A program made the position numbers and the translations under genes. This document shows, in pieces, positions 46,310 to 54,946 of a stretch of 64,000 nt of DNA. The notes beneath the pieces are model-generated. The model was given only the letters and a program-made list of their open reading frames with translations. It did no database searches and was not told the origin of the DNA. The DNA is taken from positions 1,036 through 65,035 of the forward strand of contig JBCLES010000012.1 of the NCBI GenBank assembly GCA_038913135.1, read 5' to 3'. Origin of the DNA: Anaerolineae bacterium. Lineage in GTDB: Bacteria; Chloroflexota; Anaerolineae; Epilineales; Epilineaceae. Positions within the stretch are counted from its first letter, which is position 1. Every line of letters starts with the position of its first letter.

Positions 46310-49300
46310 ATGGTGCCAACGCTATCTGTGCGGACCGATGGGCAAACCAAGCCGGCTGGCAAGCGATCGCCCGCCCGCCAGCTGCGCGCTTTCGCGGAGC
46401 ACGCAGCTCTTGCTTCCGCGATCGCTGTCCCGCTCGTCTTTTCCGTATTTACGGATCGGATCTTCGAAGCGGAGAAGGCCGGTCTGATACGCGTGCTCGG
46501 CGCCGCGGCGCTTATCGGATCGCTCGCGGCATTGTGGCCCTCTTTCCGAAGCGAGCCTGTTGTCGCGAACACAGACGCGCCTGCTCGGGCGGCTGCCACG
46601 GCTCGATTCCGTCAACTCATCAGCGTTCAGGGCAGCGCACTTACAATAGCCCTTGTCGCCGTCCTACTCTCTGAACTCGTCTCCACCGCGGTATCCGTCG
46701 CGCCGATGCCGAGCATCTGGGGGAGCTACGATCGCGCTCAGGGCCTGGTCACGACTGCTGCGCTTATCGCGCTGGCTTCGGCCGCCGCCTTGATCGCCAT
46801 GCAGCCTCGCGGTCCATCGCGCCTAGCGGACGCAATCGGTCTCACAGTCCTACCCACCGGACTTTACGCTCTCATCCAGCGCGCCGGCCTCGACCCCATC
46901 CCTTGGCTCGGCGACGTGGTTATCCGGGTGTCGGGAAGCGCCGGAAGCAGCACCCTTTTCGCGGCCCACTTGGCTATCGCGCTCCCGTTTACGGCGCTCG
47001 GAGCTGTGTCCGCATGGAAAGCAGTCACGCGGCCGACTAACATCCCGCAACACGATCCCGAGATCGATCCCACGGGCCGGGGTCCCGCCGGCCGGCGCCT
47101 TCATAACCATCGCCTTCTTGACCTCCGCCTCGCCATCCGGCTTCTCGCGTTAGCCGTCGGGGTCACAGCGCTTGTCCTCTCCGGCAGCCGTGGTCCTGCG
47201 CTCGGCCTGGCGGCCGGGTTCTCGGTCGCGCTTCTCGCGTCGGCCGCCATAGCGGGCAGCTGGCGCCGGGCGCTCGCGGTGGTAGCAGCCGTGTTCGGGG
47301 GCATCGCGTTCGTGATCGCCCTCAACCGTGCGCCGGCCGCATTCAGCCCGATCGTCGACCTGCCCATGATCGACAGGCTGTCTACCGCTTTAGACCCTGG
47401 TCGAAGCACCTCGCGCGTACGGCTGCTCCTGTGGGAGGGTTCTGTCGATGCGATCGCATCGAATCCGGACCGATTGGCCTTCGGCTTCGGCCCCGAAACC
47501 ACCGAGCTAGTATGGGCGCCGTACTATCCATCCATTCTCGCCTACGATGAACCGCGCGGCTGGGTGCCCGATCGAGCGCATTCCTTCGCGCTCGATACTC
47601 TGCTGACCAACGGCGTGTTCGGTCTGATCGCACTTCTCATGCTGTTCGGCGCCGCCGCGATAGCATGCCTCGATGTTCTGGGCCTGACAGTTACACCGGC
47701 GACCCGCCGGAGCGTCATCGCCTCGATGCTCTTCGGCGGGCTACTATGCGGTGCGATCGCGGGGCTGCTCGACGGCGCGTGGCGCATCATTGCTCCCGTT
47801 TCCGGCCTCGGGCTTGTCGCCGGGCTCTCTATCTGGCTCGCGGCCGCCACATGGCGGCGACGAGCGGCGGGGCTTTCTTTCGCGTCGAAATCCGAAGAAC
47901 CGTCTTCGAGCGCCGAATTCGGCGATGCTGGCTTCGCCGTCGCGGCTCTCGGCGCTCTCGTAGCCCACTTTGTCGAGCTCCAAGTGAGCTTCGCGGTCGG
48001 CGCTACGCGTTCGGTCTTCTTCCTGGTATGCGGCGCGCTGCTCGGACTCGCAATCCGAAGGGCAAGATCGTCTACCGAAAGCGGTGGTTCTCGCGGCGAT
48101 CGACCGGCCTCCGCGGCGCTAGACCTCCCAGTTAGAAAGGGCGACTCCCGCCTCCTACCATCGATCATCGCCATCACTGCTATCTACTCCTTCGCCCGGC
48201 CGGGCCTCACCGGCGGCGGTGCGCCAATCGTTGTGGCGATCGTCGTCGCGTCGGCGATAGGTTGCCTTTTTGCGCTCGCCAACCGACCCACAGAAACGTG
48301 GCATGCGCTTCTTCGACTCGCTGTGATCGCCGGCGCATACGGAGCGGTGCACTTTTTCGTGATCGCAAGACTCACCGTAGGGCCGGAGGAAGCCGTCCTG
48401 GGCTCGGCGACATCGCTCGCCCTCTACGTCGCCTCGCTCCTGGGCCTCATCGCATACGAGGTTGCCGGCGCAACCGTGTCCGTACCCAAGTCCGAGGCAG
48501 GGCGCGCGATCGATGATCTCGGTTCGGCGCACGGCACAGGCGGTCCGCACGGTACGCGCGTCGGCAATTCGTTCTCGGGTCGGCACGTCGCAACCGGGCT
48601 CGCGGCGCTTTCGGCTTTCGCCCTTGCCGTCCCCTTATGGATTCTCCCATCGACCGCCGACGCGCTCCAGAAGGAGGCTCGTCTAGCCTGGGAGGCGCCC
48701 GTGCCGGACTTGCGGGCACGCGGAGAGAGCGGGCGTGCCGAGTCTTTGCTGAGTCGGGCACGGGAGCGCTATGCACGCGCCGCGCGGCTAGTTTCGTACC
48801 AGCCGCGTCATGCCTTCGCCGAAGCATTCGCCGCCGAAGTTCACGGCGACATCGTGAGCGAACGCTTGGACCGCGCGGTTGCGCAAAGCAACCTGGGCGA
48901 GGAATTCGACGTGCCCGGCGGACCGGGGGAGTACTCGCCAGGGCTGTTGGGCGGCGACACTCTGCGGTGGGCCAAAGAGCGTGACAGGGCCTTCGAACTA
49001 GCGCTCGGGCACATCGCCGGCGCGGGCAGGCTCATGGGTCCGTCGCCCAGCCCGCCCATCGCTCGCGCCCGAGCCTTGCGAGTGTGGGCTGAGCGCACGC
49101 GCACCGATGCGCAGCGCTCCGAGCGTCTCGACACAGCCGCGTCCGCGTACCATGAGGCCATCGCCGCAGCCCCGAACTGGCCCGAGGTTCGCGAAGAGGC
49201 CGCGCGGACCGCTCTGCTGCGTGGACTGCCGGATGAAGCGGTCGCTATGTGCGCGGAGGCGCTTCGAATCGACCCTTTCTACTCACGTTGCCACGCGACC

Positions 49301-49642
49301 TTGGCTAGGGCCTACGCGGCCGCCGGCGACGATGAGGCGGCCGCGGAAGCATGGTCCGATTACTTCAGCGACTCGCGCAACGCCGGCGACGCCGACGCCT
49401 ATCGCGAGCGGCTCAGGACGCTTCTTGCCTTGGGTCGGACCACGGCCGCCTTGGACGCTGCGCGCGACGTTCTTCGCATTGCGCCAGACGACGCGCGGAC
49501 ACATGCCGACTTGGCCGTACTTCTCGAGCGTAGCGGCGATCTGGATGCGGCGCGCGATTCGGCGGCCACCGGAGCGCTCCTTGCACCCAACGATCCAGGG
49601 ATTTCGGCTCTGGTCGAACAGCTCGGTCAGCGGCAGGAGTGA
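46310..49642 (+). CDS. O-antigen ligase-like (Wzy_C) polytopic membrane protein with a large C-terminal TPR-repeat domain
   Basis: Wzy_C signature around LVLSGSRGPALGL, with multiple TM helices in the first ~700 aa. C-terminal TPR-like helices (…AVAMCAEALRIDPFYSRCHATLARAYAAAGDDEAAAEAW…). Confidence 0.65.
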   Translation: MVPTLSVRTDGQTKPAGKRSPARQLRAFAEHAALASAIAVPLVFSVFTDRIFEAEKAGLIRVLGAAALIGSLAALWPSFRSEPVVANTDAPARAAATARFRQLISVQGSALTIALVAVLLSELVSTAVSVAPMPSIWGSYDRAQGLVTTAALIALASAAALIAMQPRGPSRLADAIGLTVLPTGLYALIQRAGLDPIPWLGDVVIRVSGSAGSSTLFAAHLAIALPFTALGAVSAWKAVTRPTNIPQHDPEIDPTGRGPAGRRLHNHRLLDLRLAIRLLALAVGVTALVLSGSRGPALGLAAGFSVALLASAAIAGSWRRALAVVAAVFGGIAFVIALNRAPAAFSPIVDLPMIDRLSTALDPGRSTSRVRLLLWEGSVDAIASNPDRLAFGFGPETTELVWAPYYPSILAYDEPRGWVPDRAHSFALDTLLTNGVFGLIALLMLFGAAAIACLDVLGLTVTPATRRSVIASMLFGGLLCGAIAGLLDGAWRIIAPVSGLGLVAGLSIWLAAATWRRRAAGLSFASKSEEPSSSAEFGDAGFAVAALGALVAHFVELQVSFAVGATRSVFFLVCGALLGLAIRRARSSTESGGSRGDRPASAALDLPVRKGDSRLLPSIIAITAIYSFARPGLTGGGAPIVVAIVVASAIGCLFALANRPTETWHALLRLAVIAGAYGAVHFFVIARLTVGPEEAVLGSATSLALYVASLLGLIAYEVAGATVSVPKSEAGRAIDDLGSAHGTGGPHGTRVGNSFSGRHVATGLAALSAFALAVPLWILPSTADALQKEARLAWEAPVPDLRARGESGRAESLLSRARERYARAARLVSYQPRHAFAEAFAAEVHGDIVSERLDRAVAQSNLGEEFDVPGGPGEYSPGLLGGDTLRWAKERDRAFELALGHIAGAGRLMGPSPSPPIARARALRVWAERTRTDAQRSERLDTAASAYHEAIAAAPNWPEVREEAARTALLRGLPDEAVAMCAEALRIDPFYSRCHATLARAYAAAGDDEAAAEAWSDYFSDSRNAGDADAYRERLRTLLALGRTTAALDAARDVLRIAPDDARTHADLAVLLERSGDLDAARDSAATGALLAPNDPGISALVEQLGQRQE

Positions 49643-49693
49643 TCGCCGCTGGCGGCCAGTGGATCCCAATCGACTGTATTCGGCTGTATTGCT

Positions 49694-51100
49694 CTATCGG
49701 TTGTTCTTCACGACCCGCGGCAAGTGAATCACTATCCGCTCGGGAGTCGGCGAAGCTACCGGAGTATCGATCGCCGTAGGTGTGTCGGACGGAGTCGGCG
49801 AGCCCGTCGATGCAGGAGTTTCGCTCATCTCGGGGGTGATCGTCGGCTCCAGCGTACCGGTCGGAGCGGGGGTGTCAGACGGGGCCGGCGTATCGGTGAA
49901 CTCCGACGTCGGCGTTGCCGGAGACGAGCAGCGGAGTCCCCAGGCTTCGCGCTTCGATGAACCGGCGCTATCACCGCCGTAGAAGATCGCCATTCCGGCA
50001 GCGTCGCTCCATGCGCCCGTGACCATTGTTACGCCCGCGGGGCTCCTGGAGCCACTCGGATCGAGCTCTTGCCAAGTCGTGAATTCGGTGTTGAGGTCGA
50101 GAGCGAACACGTCGTCAAGACGGCCCGTGCCGTTGCGCGTGCCGCCGAAGACCACCATCCAATTCAAATCGGGCACATAGACCGCGGCATGGTCATAACG
50201 AACTCCGGGTGGCGAGCCTATCGGATCGAGCTCCACCCAGGTCGCGCCTGCGAGCCCATCGGAGAGATCGAGCGCCCAAGTGTCGTTCAAGCCGTTGTTC
50301 CAGTTGCGCGTCCCACCGAAGACGATCATGCGCTGGCCGGCAGTATCGTAGACCGCCGAATGAGCGAAGCGCGCCGTCGGCGAGCCCGGCAAGCTTGCGG
50401 AAGACCATTCGTCCGTTCCGATGTGGATCGAAGAAATCGCGTTGGTGGCCGTGTTCGCCTCTTCGCCCGTCCTGCCGCCGAACATGACGAACGAGTCCAG
50501 TTCGTCCAGCCAGACAGCCGAGGCATCAGCCAGAGGGCCGCTGCCGTCGGCGGACAGTGCTGACCACGTCGCGCTACTTTCGCCGATTTCCAGCGCGTAG
50601 CCCGTTCGAACTACATCGCGTGGGGCAAAGGCGCCTCGCATCCCGTGGTAAGGAATTCCGCCCGCGGTAACTGGCGAACTCCAAGTGAAGGTTCCTCCAC
50701 CGCCGGCAATTTCATCGACGCCGCCATATGTGTACATGGTCGTCGTACCGTCGCCGTCCCGCGACGCCGACATGTGGTCAGCACGATCCCTGACCGACGC
50801 TCCGCTTGGCGAAAGCTCGCTCCAGGTGCCGGCCGCGCTTCCACTTAGATCCAAAAGGTGCACGTCGTCCTTAATTTCAGCGTCGCGCGAGGTGCGCTCG
50901 ACGCCGCCGAAGGCGACAACACCGGCTCCGAACACCGTCGCAAGCGTATGGTGACTGCGCGCTTCGCCGCTATCCAGGGCAACCCACTCACAGGTCACAG
51001 CACCCTGTAGCGCCGGCACGGCGCCGACGAAGTCCATCGAGGCGATCACCACAAGCGGAAAAATCACGATAGCAGCCTGGGACAATCGCTTCACCAACAT
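49694..51100 (-). CDS. Secreted Kelch-repeat beta-propeller protein with Pro/Thr-rich C-terminal tail
   Basis: Signal peptide MLVKRLSQAAIVIFPLVVIAS, with GAGGAG 6 nt upstream of the ATG at 51100. Kelch-type repeats (W..L.P.G…R..H.A…..MIVFGG). C-terminal PT-rich segment. Confidence 0.75.
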   Translation of the reverse strand: MLVKRLSQAAIVIFPLVVIASMDFVGAVPALQGAVTCEWVALDSGEARSHHTLATVFGAGVVAFGGVERTSRDAEIKDDVHLLDLSGSAAGTWSELSPSGASVRDRADHMSASRDGDGTTTMYTYGGVDEIAGGGGTFTWSSPVTAGGIPYHGMRGAFAPRDVVRTGYALEIGESSATWSALSADGSGPLADASAVWLDELDSFVMFGGRTGEEANTATNAISSIHIGTDEWSSASLPGSPTARFAHSAVYDTAGQRMIVFGGTRNWNNGLNDTWALDLSDGLAGATWVELDPIGSPPGVRYDHAAVYVPDLNWMVVFGGTRNGTGRLDDVFALDLNTEFTTWQELDPSGSRSPAGVTMVTGAWSDAAGMAIFYGGDSAGSSKREAWGLRCSSPATPTSEFTDTPAPSDTPAPTGTLEPTITPEMSETPASTGSPTPSDTPTAIDTPVASPTPERIVIHLPRVVKNNR

Positions 51101-51191
51101 CGCGGACTCCTCAGCGTGGTCTCCAGCACTAGATCGCAACATTCCAACTTTGGATGTCGCGTTTGCTGATCGGGCCTAGTATACACGGGCG

Positions 51192-51956
51192 ATGAACGAT
51201 GTAAACGGTTCTCCTGCCCCTCAGTTGAACACCCTGCCGCCGCCGTCGGCGGCGTTCTCTGACGACCTTGACGGCGGTTCGTCTTATAGTCGGCGGCCGT
51301 GGAACGCGATAGCGTACGCGTTGCTACTCTGGTTGACGATCGTGTCCGGCTTGACGTTCGTGTCCCATCGCGATCCGCTCAGGCGGGCCTGGCATGCGGC
51401 CGAGGATGCATACGGATACTCCGTTGAAGGGACCACGAGCACGCGGATTGCCGGCGTGACTTCGGCTTTCAGCGTCACGGGCGTCGGCTCCGCCTCTGGG
51501 CCGCTCGCGCTTTCCGTTCGGCCCTTTGGTTCATTCGAATCACCATCGAGCGACGTTCGAATCGAATGGCCGACGGTTAGAAATGCGGCGGGCGCCGTGA
51601 TCGCGCCTCGTACTCTGGGCGCGCTGCTTCCCGCGGGCGATCCACTCGCTTTCCTTGCCAGCGGACATGCGGCGAGAAACGGGCCGGTCGAGATGCTGGA
51701 CGGCCATTCGTGCCGCAGAGTCGACTTCTTGGTCGGCGCGCGCGCATATGCGACGTGGTGGGAAAAGAGTCGGCGGCTTCTTCCCATCAACGCTAGCGCC
51801 GGCGGCCTTTGGCGCTTCGAGGGCTCTGGAAGCGTATGGATCGACGAATCAACTGATCGTCCATGCCGAATCATCGCGCGTGTCGAGCTGCCACGAATGG
51901 TCGGAGATTCGCCCGGCATAGGAGAGGCGGACTGGTATTACTCCGCGTGGCGCTAG
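51192..51956 (+). CDS. Hypothetical membrane-anchored protein
   Basis: One TM helix (AIAYALLLWLTIVSGLTFV). No recognisable domain; weak RBS. Confidence 0.35.
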   Translation: MNDVNGSPAPQLNTLPPPSAAFSDDLDGGSSYSRRPWNAIAYALLLWLTIVSGLTFVSHRDPLRRAWHAAEDAYGYSVEGTTSTRIAGVTSAFSVTGVGSASGPLALSVRPFGSFESPSSDVRIEWPTVRNAAGAVIAPRTLGALLPAGDPLAFLASGHAARNGPVEMLDGHSCRRVDFLVGARAYATWWEKSRRLLPINASAGGLWRFEGSGSVWIDESTDRPCRIIARVELPRMVGDSPGIGEADWYYSAWR

Positions 51957-52164
51957 TGAGAGTGCAGCGGGCGGCGTCAGTGACTCCGGCCTTGGCCGAC
52001 GGCCGTTCGAAACGCTATGATGCAGCAGCGGTCGAGGGGAATGTCCCGAACGCCGCGAAGGTTGGTTTCCACGCACGATCCGCTTTGTCGGCCGCCGGCC
52101 GAGGCGCCCCCTGCCCGGGCACAATCCCTTTTTCGAAGGCCCAGGGACAGGAGGGAAACGCATC

Positions 52165-52707
52165 ATGAAAGTATTCCACGATCAGACAATCCACGGTGTT
52201 CGGTTCCGCGTGTGGATATTAGCTATCGGGGCGGCCATCTTCGGCCTCACCGCCGGCTTCGGAGCCGCCGCGGCTTCTCCTGCTACCCAGGAGATCGACC
52301 TGGTCACGGCACCCACCGACGGATCAGCCGATCCGATGTGCTGGAGCTGTCCACGCCGAATCTATCCCATCTTAGTTTATCCGTGCGCGACGCCGGTCGG
52401 CGGTCCAACGGTCGCGGCTCCTCCTGGAGTCCCGACGCTCGCTCCCCCGCCCACACCAACTCCCGGTGGCGTGGCTAGCACGCTGACGTATCGGGTCTGT
52501 CCGCAAACGACCGGCAAAATTCCTCCGGCCGTCGAAGTGCACTCCGTCGCGGCGCCGTGGGAAGTCTATGGCTATGGCATGCTCCGTAATCCCAACGTGC
52601 CATTCCACCCGATGTGGAACACTCATCGGACTTGGCTGTCGCTCCGCAATCCGAACGTTCCGCACAGCCGATGTAATCCGGTCGTATGGAAGGCGGGCTG
52701 TCCATAA
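52165..52707 (+). CDS. Hypothetical small secreted Cys/Pro-rich protein with LRNPNVP(F/H) repeats
   Basis: Strong RBS (AGGAGGG 8 nt upstream). Signal peptide (VWILAIGAAIFGLTAGFGAAAASP). Eight Cys. The motif GMLRNPNVPFHPMW…LSLRNPNVPHSRC occurs twice. Confidence 0.5.
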   Translation: MKVFHDQTIHGVRFRVWILAIGAAIFGLTAGFGAAAASPATQEIDLVTAPTDGSADPMCWSCPRRIYPILVYPCATPVGGPTVAAPPGVPTLAPPPTPTPGGVASTLTYRVCPQTTGKIPPAVEVHSVAAPWEVYGYGMLRNPNVPFHPMWNTHRTWLSLRNPNVPHSRCNPVVWKAGCP

Positions 52708-52772
52708 GCTCTCGTCATCGCAATGTCTCCATGTTGAGCGCGTGATGCAGCGGCACGGCGCTCGAAGTTCCA

Positions 52773-53852
52773 ATGACGCTGGATAGTCTGCAGATTAGGG
52801 CGACCGTCGTAGCGATCGGGGGCAATGCGCTAGCCGACGGCGTAGGCGGTCCGGCCGAGTCGGCGCGTAGGGCGGCTTTCGAGATCGCTGAGCTATCGGC
52901 TCTGGGACTGCCACTCGCGATAACGCACGGAAATGGTCCACAGGTAGGGCGAGCGTTAATGAGGGCAGCGGCGGCTGAGCCGGATCAGGCGCCGCTGCCG
53001 ATGGATATCGCGGTCGCTCATACCCAGGGTGAGGTCGGACAACTTCTGGTCGGCGCAATCGAGAGCGCGATCGAAGCGTTGGAGCGGCTTCGCGACTCGT
53101 ATGAGCCAGGCGATCCGCATCGGTCGCGCGAAGCGCATCGGTCGCGCGATACGCAGGGGTCGCGCCGGGCGCCTAGTGAGCAGGGGCTAAGCGCCCCATC
53201 GCGGCCCGTCGTCTCTCTCGTGACGCGCACACTAGTGGCACCCGATGACCCTGCCTTCGGCGCTCCGGACAAGCCGATCGGGCCATGGATGGGCGAAGTA
53301 CAGGCGCTACGTCTCGCCCGACTTCGCGCGTGGTCGGTCAAGTCGATCGGAGAACGAGGATGGCGCCGGGTCGTCGCCTCGCCGGAGCCGCTGGCAATCC
53401 TCGAGGCCGGCGTGATCAGCGCGCTCGTGGTGCGGGGGACAATCGTCATTTGCGTGGGGGGCGGGGGCATCCCGGTCGTGCGCACGGACCATGAGTTCAA
53501 GGGCGTCGAAGCGGTCGTCGATAAAGATCTCGCTTCGGCGCTCCTTGCGGACGCGATCGATGCCGGCCGCCTTGTTATCGCCACCGACGTTCCGGGCGTG
53601 GCGATCGACCACGGCGGTGAGAACGAGCGCTGGTTGGAGCGCGTTAGCGCCGAGGAAGCGCGATCGCTTCTCAACGCCGGACACTTTCCAGCGGGCTCGA
53701 TGGGGCCGAAAGTGCGCGCTGCACTGCGTTTCGTCGAGGGCGGGAAAGGGCGCGTCGCGGCGATAACGTCGCTCGACCGGATTCGAGAAGCATGCGAAGG
53801 GCGGGCCGGGACCCTTTTCTTCTCGGCAAGTGACGACAGCTCCGCCGATTGA
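52773..53852 (+). CDS. arcC: Carbamate kinase-family protein carrying a ~45-aa low-complexity insertion
   Basis: VVAIGGNAL…ITHGNGPQVG N-terminal signature, and C-terminal GVEAVVDKDLASALLA…GHFPAGSMGPKVRAALRFVEGGKGRVAAITSL. The insertion …DPHRSREAHRSRDTQGSRRA… is encoded by an 18-nt x3 tandem repeat. Confidence 0.8.
   Translation: MTLDSLQIRATVVAIGGNALADGVGGPAESARRAAFEIAELSALGLPLAITHGNGPQVGRALMRAAAAEPDQAPLPMDIAVAHTQGEVGQLLVGAIESAIEALERLRDSYEPGDPHRSREAHRSRDTQGSRRAPSEQGLSAPSRPVVSLVTRTLVAPDDPAFGAPDKPIGPWMGEVQALRLARLRAWSVKSIGERGWRRVVASPEPLAILEAGVISALVVRGTIVICVGGGGIPVVRTDHEFKGVEAVVDKDLASALLADAIDAGRLVIATDVPGVAIDHGGENERWLERVSAEEARSLLNAGHFPAGSMGPKVRAALRFVEGGKGRVAAITSLDRIREACEGRAGTLFFSASDDSSAD
53112..53165 (+). 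repeat. 18-nt x3 tandem repeat (GATCCGCATCGGTCGCGC / GAAGCGCATCGGTCGCGC / GATACGCAGGGGTCGCGC) inserted in-frame in the carbamate kinase gene
   Basis: Read directly from the sequence. Confidence 0.8.
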
Positions 53853-53885
53853 CCGGAGGCACATGCACGGCTACCGTCGCCCACC

Positions 53886-54809
53886 ATGTGTGTCTCGGAA
53901 AGGGTTGGCGGCCGTTCGTTTGCCCGAATTCAACGTTCCGTCGTCGGCTGGCCGATAGTGATCGCGGCGCTGGCGACGGCGCCTGTCGGATGTTCGCTAC
54001 CCCCACAGGAAGGCTCGGACTTCGAAGAAGTGGCGGCTGCACGGACTTCGTTCCCGACTGAGAGCATCATCGGGACAACGCCCTCGCGAATGCCGGGCTC
54101 GGTGCCGGCGGAGTCCGGCGCATCGATCGACGGCACATGGGCCGAAATCGGGGTGGGGTTGGAGCTTCGCACCCAAGAATTTCGCCCAAGCTCTGAGCGC
54201 TCCGAGGTTAGACTGATCACTTTGCGGATGTCGCCGGAGCAGCATGTCTTCGATATAGCCTATCGACCGGGGCAGCCGCTCGATCTCGGTGCGTGGCAAG
54301 CGCGTACCGGCGCCCCGATCGTCTTCAACGGCGGATACTTCACCGAGGAATTCATCGCGACGGGGTTGGTGGTGGCCGGCGGGGAGACATTCGGTTCGAG
54401 TTACGGCGCTTTCGCCGGCATGCTCGCCATCACGGGAACCGGGCCAGAGGTCCGTTGGCTCCAGCAGCGTCCATATGATCCGGCAGAGCAGCTCAGCGCC
54501 GCGCTCCAGTCGTTCCCGATGCTTGTGCTTCCGGGCGGCACCCGCGGCTTTGATGAACCGGGTGGTGAAACCGCGCGCCGCACGGTTATCGGCCAGGACA
54601 CTTCCGGGCGCCTGCTGTTGATTCTAGCGCCCGACGGCGGCTTCACCCTATCGGAGCTGAGCGCGACGTTGGTAAATTCGGACCTTGCGCTTGATGCGGC
54701 ACTCAATCTCGACGGCGGCACGTCGACCGGGTTGATCATCGACAACCCGCCCTTGATTGTGGAGTCCTTCGGACTTCTCCCGACGGTCGTAACTATTCGT
54801 CCGCGCTGA
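53886..54809 (+). CDS. Phosphodiester glycosidase-family (NAGPA/DUF2233-like) lipoprotein
   Basis: Lipobox ALATAPVGCS. Central …PIVFNGGYFTEEF…AITGTGPEV… and C-terminal ALNLDGGTSTGLIID blocks typical of the family. Confidence 0.65.
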   Translation: MCVSERVGGRSFARIQRSVVGWPIVIAALATAPVGCSLPPQEGSDFEEVAAARTSFPTESIIGTTPSRMPGSVPAESGASIDGTWAEIGVGLELRTQEFRPSSERSEVRLITLRMSPEQHVFDIAYRPGQPLDLGAWQARTGAPIVFNGGYFTEEFIATGLVVAGGETFGSSYGAFAGMLAITGTGPEVRWLQQRPYDPAEQLSAALQSFPMLVLPGGTRGFDEPGGETARRTVIGQDTSGRLLLILAPDGGFTLSELSATLVNSDLALDAALNLDGGTSTGLIIDNPPLIVESFGLLPTVVTIRPR

Positions 54810-54852
54810 TGCACTCCGCGGCAAATGATTCGATCGGATCCCAAGACATCGA

Positions 54853-54881
54853 CCGGGTCCCGCGCAATGCGCGGGACCCGG
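54853..54881. terminator. Perfect 13-bp GC-rich hairpin (CCGGGTCCCGCGC-AAT-GCGCGGGACCCGG) between convergent genes; candidate bidirectional terminator
   Basis: Exact inverted repeat with a 3-nt loop, lying 44 nt after the + gene stop and 66 nt after the - gene stop. Followed by TTCC only, so the U-tract is weak. Confidence 0.45.
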
Positions 54882-54946
54882 TTCCGATCGTGTGTATGGT
54901 CAGCGACTACGCCGCCGACATGATGCGCCCGTAAGCGCCGGAAGGC

